Source: Candidatus Latescibacterota bacterium (GTDB lineage Bacteria; Latescibacterota; UBA2968; GCA-2709665). Taken from it: a DNA stretch of 64,000 nt. The stretch covers positions 3,392,001 to 3,456,000 of the forward strand of contig OZ244744.1 of assembly GCA_965219455.1 (NCBI GenBank). Direction: 5' to 3'. Positions 30,014 to 39,824 of this stretch are shown here, in pieces (within the stretch, counting starts at the first letter, position 1; every line of letters begins with the position of its first letter). The position numbers and the translations under genes were made by a program. The notes below the pieces were generated by a model. The model did not search any database. It saw only the letters and a program-made list of their open reading frames with translations, and was not told the origin of the DNA.

Positions 30014-31471
30014 ATGGGCATCTTGCGAGGGCATATAATCGACGGCGCGACCGGCGAGCAGATCAGCGCCAAGGTTCACGTCCTGTCGTCGGACGGACGT
30101 TTTACACACCCACGCGAGGCCGTGCTCAAGCGGGGCCCCGGCACGCCGTTTTTCTTCAGCGACGGAATGTTCGAGGTTCGCGGCGGTCGTGGACGCACCG
30201 ACGTTCTGGTGGAGCGCGGTACGGAATACGAGCCCCTGCGGACGGTGGTGGACATGCCCGAACACGGCAGCAGAGACGTCGAAATTACGCTCAACCGATG
30301 GTACGTACCGCAGGAAAACAACTGGTATCCGGGCAACACCCACATTCACTACGACGAAAAGGAAACGCGCCCCGACGACCGGCTGGCCATCGACTGCAGC
30401 GTGGAAGGCTACAACGTAACCGTAGTCAGCGTTCTGGACAGAAGACAACTTCCGTACGCCAGCAACAAATATCCCATTGGTGTGATGAACGAGTTCACCA
30501 CCGCGCATCACGTTCTGGACATCGGCGAAGAGAACCGCCACTACGGCGAGAACTCGCCCTGGGGTTTCGGATATGGACACGTAATGTTTCTCAACATCCG
30601 CAACCTGGTCCAGCCCGTCAGCCGCGGCCACATCCTCACCGCGCAGTTCGACCCGGACTATCCACCCCTGTGCTTCTGTTGCGACGAAGCCCGCGACCAG
30701 GGCGGCATTGTCATCTGGTGCCACAACGGCCGCGGGATGGAGGCCCCGGTTGCCGCGGTGCTGGGGAAACTGGACGCCTTCAATCTCTTCGATCCCTTCT
30801 GGATGGACCCCGAGTACGATCTCTGGTACAAGCTGCTCAATTGCGGTATCGCCCTCCCCGCATCCACCGGCACGGATTGGTTCGTCTGCTCAAACAACCG
30901 CGTGTACGTGAACACCAGTGACACGTTCTCCTACGAAAACTGGATCGCCGGCATGAAGGCGGGCAATACCTTCATCACCAATGGTCCCGCCATCGATCTG
31001 AGCGTCAACGATCAGCCGATGGGATCAACGGTTCAATTGCCCAGCGGGGGATCGCTCGATATCGAATCCAGGTTCACCTCCTTCTATCCCGTTCACCGCG
31101 CGGAAATCGTGATGAACGGCCGCGTGATTCACAGCGAGGGCGATGCCGAAGGCAAACGCGAAGGCGCCATCCGTCACCGGGTGGAGGTCGACCGCGATGG
31201 CTGGATCGCCGCGCGGCTTTGGGGCGACAGGCGCGACAGCTTCGACCAGTCCATCTACGCCCACAGCAGCCCGGTTTATTTTTCGTGCGGACGCCCTCCC
31301 GCCGAAAGGGACGAATCCGCCCGTTATTTCCTGAACGGAATCGAGGATTCGCTGAAGTGGATCGACACGTGGGGCCGTTACAACACCGACCGGCAGCGCG
31401 ACGACGTCAGGGAGCTCTTCCGCCGCGGGAGAGAAGGCTTCGCGGGGCTGGTAAGGGAAAGATCAAAATGA
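30014..31471 (+). CDS. CehA/McbA family (PHP-like) metallohydrolase
   Basis: ERG.EY, WY.GNTHIH, GEE.R, GH, CH, WY..LNCG.....GTD, RVYV, TFITNGP, AHSSPVY. Confidence 0.85.
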   Translation: MGILRGHIIDGATGEQISAKVHVLSSDGRFTHPREAVLKRGPGTPFFFSDGMFEVRGGRGRTDVLVERGTEYEPLRTVVDMPEHGSRDVEITLNRWYVPQENNWYPGNTHIHYDEKETRPDDRLAIDCSVEGYNVTVVSVLDRRQLPYASNKYPIGVMNEFTTAHHVLDIGEENRHYGENSPWGFGYGHVMFLNIRNLVQPVSRGHILTAQFDPDYPPLCFCCDEARDQGGIVIWCHNGRGMEAPVAAVLGKLDAFNLFDPFWMDPEYDLWYKLLNCGIALPASTGTDWFVCSNNRVYVNTSDTFSYENWIAGMKAGNTFITNGPAIDLSVNDQPMGSTVQLPSGGSLDIESRFTSFYPVHRAEIVMNGRVIHSEGDAEGKREGAIRHRVEVDRDGWIAARLWGDRRDSFDQSIYAHSSPVYFSCGRPPAERDESARYFLNGIEDSLKWIDTWGRYNTDRQRDDVRELFRRGREGFAGLVRERSK

Positions 31472-31689
31472 ACTGTATCCACTGTCGTGGGAAGATGCAA
31501 CGCTCGAAAGCGCCTTTCCACGTTGACCGCAACGGGTATCACCTTGTACTCGACACAGTCCCTGCCAGGGTCTGCGACCAATGCGGTGAGGCATACTTCG
31601 AGGAGCGCGAGGTCAATGCGATTCAGGCCGCTATTACGGGGCTCGACAACCGGCTCAACAGGTTGTTGGAGACAGTTGAGACCGATTGA
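31468..31689 (+). CDS. YgiT-type zinc-finger protein (orphan antitoxin-like), 73 aa
   Basis: MNCIHCRG...VPARVCDQCGEAYF; ATGA overlap with upstream stop; C-terminal part of listed ORF 31219..31689. Confidence 0.85.
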   Translation: MNCIHCRGKMQRSKAPFHVDRNGYHLVLDTVPARVCDQCGEAYFEEREVNAIQAAITGLDNRLNRLLETVETD

Positions 31690-31902
31690 AAGGGGGCTGT
31701 GGCAAATGGTCGTCCCAGCCCCTGTTTCCAACGATTTTACCTTTAGACCGTGGATTCAATCTATACTTCCCGAATGTAGGGCGACCGAAGTCGTCTCCAT
31801 TCTCACCAACGACAAACGCCGGGCCATCCACGACTTTATCGCGGGAACGGTCGTCGTCCGGACAAATCTCGAAGAACCGTAGGAGGACCGATCACTCGAA
31901 TC

Positions 31903-33060
31903 GTGAAATCTATCGCGAAATTGAAGCGCGGCCCATTGTGTCATGACAGCATAAGGGTTGCGCTTGCTTTTTGCCTTCTCGCTATCGCCCCTGGGATCCA
32001 CGCAGAGGAGTGGAAGACCGCGCGACCGGATTACGTGTGGTCGTTCCCGCGCGATCATTGGGCGCGGGACGGGTACAAAACGGAGTGGTGGTACTTTACC
32101 GGGCATCTGACGGCGGAGGACGGCCGGCGTTTCGGGTACCAGTTCACCTTCTTCAGGGTCGGCCTGTTGCCGCAGCGCCCCTCGCTGGCGTCGGAATGGG
32201 CGACCGGTAATCTGATCATGGGCCACGCGGCCATCAGCGATCCGGGTTCGGGGCGACACCTTTTCAGCGAGGTGATCTACCGCGTGACGCCGCTGCTGGG
32301 CGGGTTTGGCGAGTACCCCGATACGTCGATCGCCTGGAGCCGGTCACCGGCAGGCACGGACGGTCTGTGGACGCTGCGCTGGAACGGCTCCGGATTCAAT
32401 TTTTCGATGACAGACAGCCGACATCAAATGGGATTCTCACTGTCGTCCCGACCGGCGAAGCCTTTGGTGTTTCAGGGGCCGGGGGGTTACAGCAGGAAAG
32501 GGAAGGGCGAGGCGGCGGCCAGCCAGTACTACAGCTTTACTCGGCTTGCGACATCCGGCGAGATCAGGCTGGGCGACGAGCGGGTGGCCGTAACGGGCCA
32601 GAGCTGGATGGACAAGGAGTTCGGGTCGAACCAACTCGAAGCCCACCAGGTCGGTTGGGACTGGTTCAGCCTGCAGCTTGACGACGGACGCGAAGCGATG
32701 CTGTACGTGCTGCGGGATTCCACGGGCGCCGTGGACTTTTCCCGGGGGACGATGGTCGCGGCTTCTGGGGAGGCGCGCTATCTGGCGCCTGAGGATTTTT
32801 CTGTTCGGTCCACGGATACCTGGAGGAGTCCGGAGACGGATGCGGTCTATCCCTCGCGCTGGGAAGTCGCGTTGCCGGGCGACGGGTTGCGGATGCTGGT
32901 CCGGCCCGTGATGGCGGACCAGGAGAATCGCAGCGCGTTGATGAAATCACTGTTTTACTGGGAGGGCGCCGTGGAAATCACCGGCCTGGATGGTAAGCCG
33001 ATGGGGCGGGGATACGTGGAACTCGTGGGGTACGGGACGGGCAGCCGGCCGGGGATATAG
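31903..33060 (+). CDS. Lipocalin-like/AttH (CrtC-like) secreted hydrolase
   Basis: FPRDH....EWWY.TG.L, FGYQ.TFFR, S.YYS..RL, WMD.EF, GWDWFSLQLDDG, YP..W, YWEGAV..G.GY.EL.GY. Confidence 0.9.
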   Translation: MKSIAKLKRGPLCHDSIRVALAFCLLAIAPGIHAEEWKTARPDYVWSFPRDHWARDGYKTEWWYFTGHLTAEDGRRFGYQFTFFRVGLLPQRPSLASEWATGNLIMGHAAISDPGSGRHLFSEVIYRVTPLLGGFGEYPDTSIAWSRSPAGTDGLWTLRWNGSGFNFSMTDSRHQMGFSLSSRPAKPLVFQGPGGYSRKGKGEAAASQYYSFTRLATSGEIRLGDERVAVTGQSWMDKEFGSNQLEAHQVGWDWFSLQLDDGREAMLYVLRDSTGAVDFSRGTMVAASGEARYLAPEDFSVRSTDTWRSPETDAVYPSRWEVALPGDGLRMLVRPVMADQENRSALMKSLFYWEGAVEITGLDGKPMGRGYVELVGYGTGSRPGI

Positions 33061-33137
33061 AGTTTCGACAATTGAAAACGCGAACAACCTGGGGATTCCT
33101 CCGAATGGTTCGGAACGGGATCCCCATTTTACATGCC

Positions 33138-34379
33138 TTACCGAATTGACGTCGTTTCCTCCGGGAGTTCGCCAACGTACCGCGCGCGCGGGCGGATGAT
33201 CCGTCCGATCCGGTACTGTTCGATGGCGTGGCCGATCCAGCCCACGGTCCTGCCCAGGGCGAACAGCGTCATTGCGCCCCCTGGCGGCAGGTTGAGGACG
33301 CGGGCGAGCGTGGCCAGCGCCAGGTCGACATTATACGGGAGGCTGGTGACCTCGGCCGCGGCCTGGATCGTCGCGAGCGCGAGGCGCACGTCGGGGTGCT
33401 CCCCGCGGGATTCCTGGAGCAGCCGGAGCAGCAGTTTGCCCCTGGGGTCGTCGTCCCGGTAGATAACGTGACCGAACCCCGGGAGGCCCTCGCCCCGCTT
33501 GAGCCTGTCCAGCATGGCCTGCCGGATGTCGGCTTGGCTCTCCATCTCGCGAAAGAAGGCCTCGACCTGTTCGCTGGCCCCGCCGTGCTTGTAGCCCTGA
33601 ACGGCACTGAGGGCGGCCGTCACCACGGCATAGAGCGTCGCGCCGGTGGATGCCACGCATCGCGCTGTGAAAGCCGACGCGTTGAGTTCGTGATCGGCGC
33701 ACAGAATGAGCGCTGCATTGATGAGGAACGCGGCGTGATCGTCTTCCGGGGCCCATGCCCGCTGGAGCGTCCGGGCGATGCCGTCGACCGGGTTCGCCCC
33801 GCCGGCCGCGAGGGCCGAGAGCAGGCGGAGAATGCGGCTCCCGGTCCGGACCGTGGACTGTGTTTGCAGGTCATGAGCGGCGAGGTCTTCGGTTGCGGCC
33901 AGGGGTAACAGAACCTGGAAGGCTTCGACGGGTTTCAGGTCCTCCAGGTGATGCAATCTGCGTTGAAGTCTTACGGAGACGGCCTCGCCATCCGGAGAAA
34001 CAAGCGCGGGAATTTCCATTTCGGGATTCCCTGTCCAGATAAGCGCCGCCACCTGCTCGATGCTGCGATGCCTGGCAAGGTCCAGGGCGTTGCGGCCCCG
34101 GTAGTAGACACAGTCGTCGGTAATGAGCGTGATTGCCGATTCGAGCACAGGCGCCCCCGCACGCAGGGCGTCTTCCGCGATCGTCTCCGGATCCCGTCGG
34201 CCTTTTTTCCGCGCCTGGAGTTTCCTGACGTCGGCGGCGTAGTACCGGCGTGCGCGGCGGTTGTGTCCCACCGCCTCGGAGCGGATCAGACCGCGGCTCA
34301 CGTAGGCATAAAGGCTCTCCACGGCGATGTTCAACTCGCCGGCAGCCTCCCTGGCTGTGAGATATCGAGCGTGTTTCAT
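33138..34379 (-). CDS. HTH-citrate synthase fusion (putative regulator)
   Basis: N-terminal YLTAREAA..L.I....LYAYVSRGLI HTH; citrate-synthase fold motifs ADHELNAS.F.AR, HGG, GFGH..Y...DPR, NVD, IRPRA.Y.G. Confidence 0.88.
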   Translation of the reverse strand: MKHARYLTAREAAGELNIAVESLYAYVSRGLIRSEAVGHNRRARRYYAADVRKLQARKKGRRDPETIAEDALRAGAPVLESAITLITDDCVYYRGRNALDLARHRSIEQVAALIWTGNPEMEIPALVSPDGEAVSVRLQRRLHHLEDLKPVEAFQVLLPLAATEDLAAHDLQTQSTVRTGSRILRLLSALAAGGANPVDGIARTLQRAWAPEDDHAAFLINAALILCADHELNASAFTARCVASTGATLYAVVTAALSAVQGYKHGGASEQVEAFFREMESQADIRQAMLDRLKRGEGLPGFGHVIYRDDDPRGKLLLRLLQESRGEHPDVRLALATIQAAAEVTSLPYNVDLALATLARVLNLPPGGAMTLFALGRTVGWIGHAIEQYRIGRIIRPRARYVGELPEETTSIR

Positions 34380-34520
34380 GGCGCCCCTCCATTCTGAAGT
34401 CGCGATACAATATAATATATCAGACCTGTCCAAGAAAGGATGTGAAGCGCAATAGAATAACTCCTCCGAGTATGCGGGATCAGATGACAAATATAAAAAC
34501 AGCTCTGGCATCACCTGCGA

Positions 34521-34653
34521 GACCTACCCCCTAACCCCCTTCCTGAGAGGAAAGGGGGAACTGCTTATTCAGAGTTTATGCGAGATAGTGTTTACGCAAC
34601 GCTTCGCTCTACTCCCCCTCTCCTCGCAGGAGAGGGTGCCGGGGGGAGAGGTC
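34521..34653. repeat. REP/REPIN-like inverted doublet in the divergent intergenic region
   Basis: gacctaccccctaacccccttcctgagaggaaaggggga (34521-34559) and an inverted similar copy (34612-34653), each internally palindromic. Confidence 0.65.
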
Positions 34654-34688
34654 CCTCTTTCCGCAATCATGAGTCAATTTATGATATA

Positions 34689-34735
34689 TTGATTTTAGAA
34701 TCAAGATTGACAATATATTTTTCTTTGTATAGAAT
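34689..34735 (+). promoter_or_regulatory. Sigma70 promoter of citrate synthase with upstream palindromic operator
   Basis: TTGACA(34707-34712)-N17-TAGAAT(34730-34735); TTGATT-N4-AATCAA at 34689-34704. Confidence 0.75.
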
Positions 34736-34825
34736 TCCATAAATCGACAAGTGTACACCGATGACGATCCGGAGGAATAAATCCGGCCCGTAAGGGACCG
34801 AATTTCAAATCCAGGAGGAGTGCAG

Positions 34826-35962
34826 ATGGCGAAAAAGGGTTTTGCGCCCGGCCTGAAGGGCGTCGTCGCCGCGCGGACCTGCCTGAGCAGGATCGATGGC
34901 GAAGCGGGCGAGTTGATCGTTGGGGGGTTTCCATTGGAATCGCTGGCGCACAACGCGTCGTTTGAAGAGATGCTCTACCTGTTATGGCACGATCGGCTCC
35001 CGGATGCGGCGCAGTTGAAGGCGATAACGGAGGCGCTGGCAATGCGCCGTGGGCTTCCCGAGGCGACTGTGGCGTTGCTCCGGGCAGCGGCGGCGGAGGG
35101 TGCGCTGGTGATCGACGCGTTGCGAATGGGCGTGGCCTCGTTGAGCCTCGGGTCCGTGGCGTCGCCGGACGAACGGACGGACGCGTTGACTGTTGTGGCG
35201 CGGTTTCCCACGCTGGTCGCGGCGTACTGGCGGATGTTGAATGCCGCAAAGCCGGTTGCGCCGCGCGACGACCTGGGGCATGCGGCGAATTATCTCTACA
35301 TGCTGACCGGCGAGGAATCCGGCCATGCGCGAACCAGGGCGATGGAGACGTATCTGAATACGGTAATGGATCACGGGCTGAACGCATCCACGTTCACGGC
35401 GCGGGTCATCGTCTCCACGCGATCGGACATGATCTCGGCGGTGACGGGCGCTCTGGGCGCTTTGAAGGGACCGCTTCACGGGGGTGCGCCCGGTCCGGCG
35501 CTGGATATGGTGTTCGAGATCGGGAGCATCGAAAACGTCGAGCCGTATCTGCGGGCGAAGCTGGAGCGCGGGGAACGGCTGATGGGGTTCGGCCACGCGG
35601 TCTACCGGGTGCGGGATCCGCGCGCGTCCGTGCTCGCGGCCGAGGCGGCCCGTTTCTTTGGGGCCGACGGCGATCGGCAGCTGTACGACCTCGCCCGCGA
35701 GGTGGAGCGGACCGCCGTGCGCCTGCTGGCCGAATACAAACCGGGGCGCAATCTGGACACGAACGTGGAGTTCTATACGGCGCTGCTGCTGCACGGGCTG
35801 GGTCTGCCGGCCGAGTTGTTCACGCCCACGTTTGCCGTGGGACGCGTCGCAGGGTGGACCGCTCACGGTTTTGAGCAAAAGGCGGATGACCGGATCATTC
35901 GGCCGCGGGCGGAATACGTTGGTGCGACGGGCCGGCGATGGAAACCCGTTAACGAGAGATGA
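34826..35962 (+). CDS. Citrate/methylcitrate synthase
   Basis: GL.GVV, DHGLNASTF.AR, ALKGPLHGGA, MGFGH.VY...DPR, NVEFY, R..GW.AH, IRP...Y.G; AGGAGG RBS. Confidence 0.92.
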   Translation: MAKKGFAPGLKGVVAARTCLSRIDGEAGELIVGGFPLESLAHNASFEEMLYLLWHDRLPDAAQLKAITEALAMRRGLPEATVALLRAAAAEGALVIDALRMGVASLSLGSVASPDERTDALTVVARFPTLVAAYWRMLNAAKPVAPRDDLGHAANYLYMLTGEESGHARTRAMETYLNTVMDHGLNASTFTARVIVSTRSDMISAVTGALGALKGPLHGGAPGPALDMVFEIGSIENVEPYLRAKLERGERLMGFGHAVYRVRDPRASVLAAEAARFFGADGDRQLYDLAREVERTAVRLLAEYKPGRNLDTNVEFYTALLLHGLGLPAELFTPTFAVGRVAGWTAHGFEQKADDRIIRPRAEYVGATGRRWKPVNER

Positions 35963-36030
35963 CGTCGCCCCGGGGCTGCCGGGGAGTCCGTTTGCGCGGA
36001 ATCGCCTGACCGGTTTCCAATGAAGTGCAA

Positions 36031-36062
36031 GGGCGGCCCTTGTGGTCGCCCGCTTTCGTTTT
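36031..36062 (+). repeat. 32-bp direct repeat, left copy (REP-like)
   Basis: gggcggcccttgtggtcgcccgctttcgtttt, identical to 42072-42103. Confidence 0.9.
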
Positions 36063-36249
36063 TCGCTAGGCCCGCAAGCCGGATTAGGGTGAATCCGCGT
36101 CGGGTTGAGAAAAATCGAACCGGCGAATATGGGAATAGACGTCAAAAGTCCTTTCAGAGTGCATCCTGAACGGTGTAAGTGCGGAGGATAAATCGAATGC
36201 GCGCGCAATCCCCGAAACAGTTGAATTTAACGATGGATGACGAAGAAGA

Positions 36250-37998
36250 GTGATGAAAAAGCCAGGCAGCCAATATCGGAGCATACTTGTCCGCTACCTC
36301 CAACCGCAGTGGCCGAGGGTACTGTGGATGGCGCTGCTGTTGTTGGGAGGTATCGGCCTGCAGCTTTTCAACCCGTTGATCATGCGTTATTTCATCGATA
36401 CCGCAAGGGAGGGTGGATCACTACAGCAACTTACCCTGGCGGGCTTGTTGTTCATGGGTGTTGGGATGGTTCATCAGACTGTGTCTGCCTTCGCAAGCTA
36501 CGTTAGCAGCGATGTGAGTTGGCGCGCAACAAACCGTCTTCGGTCTGATTTGACGGGTCATATCCTGAGCCTGGATATGGCTTTTCACAACCGGCGCACC
36601 CCTGGTGAACTGATTGAACGCGTTGACGGCGACGTGGGTCGACTTGCCGCCTTTTTCTCGGATTTTGTGATTGAACTGATTGGCGGCGTCCTGCTGACGC
36701 TTGGTGTCCTGTTCGTCCTGCTGTGCGAAGATTGGCGACTGGGCGCAATACTTGCCGCCTTTGTGGCGGTCTATCTGACGGTTCACATTCGCGCTCAAAC
36801 CATGTCCGTGTCATTCTGGCATGCCGAACGGCAGGCCAGTGCTGAGCTGTCCGGTTTTCTGGAGGAGCGTCTGTCCGGTCTCCGGGACATCCGGGCAAAC
36901 GGCGCAATCGCCTATATGATGCGGCGCTTCCACGAGGTTGCGAGGCGGGCGTTCGCAACGGCGTTCAAAGCCGACCTGATCACCGACGTGGGTTGGACAA
37001 TATCGAACATCGTGTTCGCGACAGGCTTTGCGGTAGCAATGGCGTATGGTGCATACCTGTTCCAGGTCAATGCCGTTACCATCGGGACCGTCTATCTCGT
37101 GCTCCATTATCTTCAGATGCTACATACGCCGCTGAACAGAATTCAAAGACAGGTAGAAGTCTTTCAGAGCATCCGGGTTGGCATCCAGCGCGTTGGAGAA
37201 CTCAGGATGACCGAACCGGAAATTCCTGACGGCCATGGAGCGGTCCTTCCGTCGGGCCCGCTTTCTGTGGCGTGCCGAAACGTCTGCTTTTCCTACCAGC
37301 CGGAACAAACGGTACTGCAAGATCTCACGTTTCAACTGGATTCGGGCAAAGTGCTCGGTTTGCTGGGACGGACCGGGAGCGGAAAGACCACCCTTTCCCG
37401 TCTTCTCTTCCGCCTCTACGACGCCGATGATGGTTCGATTTGCCTGAGCGGCACAGACATTCGCAAACCGCGGCTGTCTGATCTACGGGCGCACGTTGGA
37501 TTGGTCACACAGGACGTACAGCTGTTTCAGGCAACCGTTCGGGATAACTTGACCTTGTTCGATCCATCCATCCACGATGATCGCGTTCTGGCCGGGCTTC
37601 ACGCTTTGGGGTTGGATGTCTGGTTCGAATCGCTTCCTGCGGGTCTCGATACGCAAATGCCGCCGGGCGGGGGTGGACTTTCGGCTGGCGAGGCGCAACT
37701 GGTGGCGTTTGCGAGGGCTTTTCTGAAGGATCCCGGATTGCTGATTCTGGACGAAGCCTCGTCGCGTCTGGACGCGGCGACTGAGAGACGCCTTGAACGG
37801 GCAATGGACGTACTCCTCCGGAATCGTACCGCGATTATCATCGCACACCGTCTTTCAACCGTGCATCGTGCAGATGAAATCATGATTCTCGAAGCAGGAC
37901 GGATAAAAGAATATGGGACATACGCGAAATTAGCGGAGAACCCCGATTCCGTCTTTTCCGGTCTGTTGCGAACCGGGTTGGAGGGTGGATTGTCTTGA
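36250..37998 (+). CDS. ABC exporter, fused permease/ATPase (heterodimer subunit 1)
   Basis: TM domain plus [30 protein letters not shown]. Confidence 0.92.
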   Translation: MMKKPGSQYRSILVRYLQPQWPRVLWMALLLLGGIGLQLFNPLIMRYFIDTAREGGSLQQLTLAGLLFMGVGMVHQTVSAFASYVSSDVSWRATNRLRSDLTGHILSLDMAFHNRRTPGELIERVDGDVGRLAAFFSDFVIELIGGVLLTLGVLFVLLCEDWRLGAILAAFVAVYLTVHIRAQTMSVSFWHAERQASAELSGFLEERLSGLRDIRANGAIAYMMRRFHEVARRAFATAFKADLITDVGWTISNIVFATGFAVAMAYGAYLFQVNAVTIGTVYLVLHYLQMLHTPLNRIQRQVEVFQSIRVGIQRVGELRMTEPEIPDGHGAVLPSGPLSVACRNVCFSYQPEQTVLQDLTFQLDSGKVLGLLGRTGSGKTTLSRLLFRLYDADDGSICLSGTDIRKPRLSDLRAHVGLVTQDVQLFQATVRDNLTLFDPSIHDDRVLAGLHALGLDVWFESLPAGLDTQMPPGGGGLSAGEAQLVAFARAFLKDPGLLILDEASSRLDAATERRLERAMDVLLRNRTAIIIAHRLSTVHRADEIMILEAGRIKEYGTYAKLAENPDSVFSGLLRTGLEGGLS

Positions 37999-39824
37999 CA
38001 TCCATTGCCCAAAAGACAGGGGGAAAATGGCGATGTTTCCGGGCGCTGATGCGATTTAGCCCCTTGTTGTTTTTCCTCGGCGTCATCCTTTCTTTGGGTT
38101 ATTACGGGTTCCCGCTGATCGTTGGGCTAATCTTGCGCGCCTTCCTGGACACCTTAACAGGCGAGACGGAAATCCGCTTTGGCATCGGGACGTTGGTGAT
38201 TCTCTTTCTGGCCACAAGATTGACCATACAGGGAGCCGAGCAGGGATACGCCGCGACCTACGCATATTTCGAAGGCAAACTGAAGACACTTATCCGCGGA
38301 AATCTGTTCAAGTGTCTCCTGCATGGCGTTGATGTCCCTGTTGCTCTGGTGGCGGGCGAGATCGCCAACCGCCTGGATGACGATATCGATGGAGCGATTG
38401 CCCCCATAACGATTTTCCTCGCCCTGATCGGGCAAGCAATGGCTGCCGTCTTTGCGTTAGCTGTGCTGGTGAATGTCAACCCTTATATCACGCTTCTGGC
38501 ATTCATACCGATGATAGCAATAGTACTTCTTGCAAACGGAATGGGCAGGCGCATTCAAACTTTTCGGCAGGCGAGCCGGGAAACCACGGGCCGCGTCACC
38601 GGTTTCCTTGGCGACCTCTTCGGGGCGGCCCAGGCAGTCAAGGTTGCAAACAGCGAGGCAGACACCGTCCTCCATTTCGATAGACTCAACGAGGCGAGGC
38701 GCAAAGCGGTTATCAGGGACCGCCTCTTCAACCGGTTGCTGGCTTCGATGAATTCGACGACAATCAATCTGGCGACCGGCGTAATTTTGATATTTGCCGC
38801 GGAACTGATGAGACGCGGGGACTTTAGTGTGGGCGACTTCGCGCTGTTTGTCAGTTACATCGCCCTGGGCGAATTTACCGTATTGGCATTTGCGGATCGT
38901 TTGGGAGGTTTGATGGCCGCGCTCAAGCAGGCAGACGTTTCCATAGAGCGACTCGGTGAACTTTTGCCAAGCATCGCTCAAGAAGCGATAGTCCGTCGCC
39001 GTCCGGTTTACCTGCGGGGTGATTTTCCTTCCGTGCCATTCATCAAAAAAAAGAGCACCCATTGTCTACGACACCTTCGAGCGGAAGGCTTGAGCTATCG
39101 TCATTCGGAGACCGGACGGGGAATTGACGGGATAGACCTTCATCTGGCTGCCGGGACCGTAACCGTGATCACCGGTCGGATTGGTTCCGGCAAGACGACG
39201 TTTCTGGATACCCTGTTGGGGCACCTGCCCAGGGATGCCGGGGAAGTTTACTGGAACGGCAAAAACGTGCCGGATGCGGCATCGTTCCTCGTGCCACCGC
39301 GCTGCGCATATACGCCTCAGGTCCCGCGACTCTTCAGCGACACGGTGCGAGACAATATCCTCCTGGGTCTACCGGAAGAACGCGTCGACCTCAATGCGGC
39401 GATTCGGAAAGCGGTAATGGAAGACGATCTGGAGACGCTGGAAAACGGACTGGATACGTTGATCGGTCCGAGGGGCGCAAGACTCTCAGGCGGGCAGGTA
39501 CTACGGACAGCAGCGGCGCGGATGTTTGTGCGTGAGCCTGAATTGGTCGTGTTCGATGATCTTTCCAGCGCCCTTGATGTAGATACGGAGCGGATATTGT
39601 GGGATCGTGTATTTGAACAACCGGAGATGACCCGGTCGGGTCGGAACGTCAACACGTATCTCGTGGTATCGCATCGTCGAGCCGCCTTGCGGCGCGCCGA
39701 CAATATAATCGTACTTAAGGATGGAAGAATGGACGCGGAGGGCACATTGGACGCGCTTCTGGAAGGCTGCGACGAGATGCAGAGGTTGTGGCAAGGGGAT
39801 TTGGGTGCGTCAGAAAGGGGATGA
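37995..39824 (+). CDS. ABC exporter, fused permease/ATPase (heterodimer subunit 2)
   Basis: TM domain plus [14 protein letters not shown], degenerate Walker [14 protein letters not shown]. Confidence 0.92.
   Translation: MTSIAQKTGGKWRCFRALMRFSPLLFFLGVILSLGYYGFPLIVGLILRAFLDTLTGETEIRFGIGTLVILFLATRLTIQGAEQGYAATYAYFEGKLKTLIRGNLFKCLLHGVDVPVALVAGEIANRLDDDIDGAIAPITIFLALIGQAMAAVFALAVLVNVNPYITLLAFIPMIAIVLLANGMGRRIQTFRQASRETTGRVTGFLGDLFGAAQAVKVANSEADTVLHFDRLNEARRKAVIRDRLFNRLLASMNSTTINLATGVILIFAAELMRRGDFSVGDFALFVSYIALGEFTVLAFADRLGGLMAALKQADVSIERLGELLPSIAQEAIVRRRPVYLRGDFPSVPFIKKKSTHCLRHLRAEGLSYRHSETGRGIDGIDLHLAAGTVTVITGRIGSGKTTFLDTLLGHLPRDAGEVYWNGKNVPDAASFLVPPRCAYTPQVPRLFSDTVRDNILLGLPEERVDLNAAIRKAVMEDDLETLENGLDTLIGPRGARLSGGQVLRTAAARMFVREPELVVFDDLSSALDVDTERILWDRVFEQPEMTRSGRNVNTYLVVSHRRAALRRADNIIVLKDGRMDAEGTLDALLEGCDEMQRLWQGDLGASERG

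Noticed and set aside
34689-34704. FNR box
   Set aside because: Spacing is TTGAT-N6-ATCAA rather than N4.
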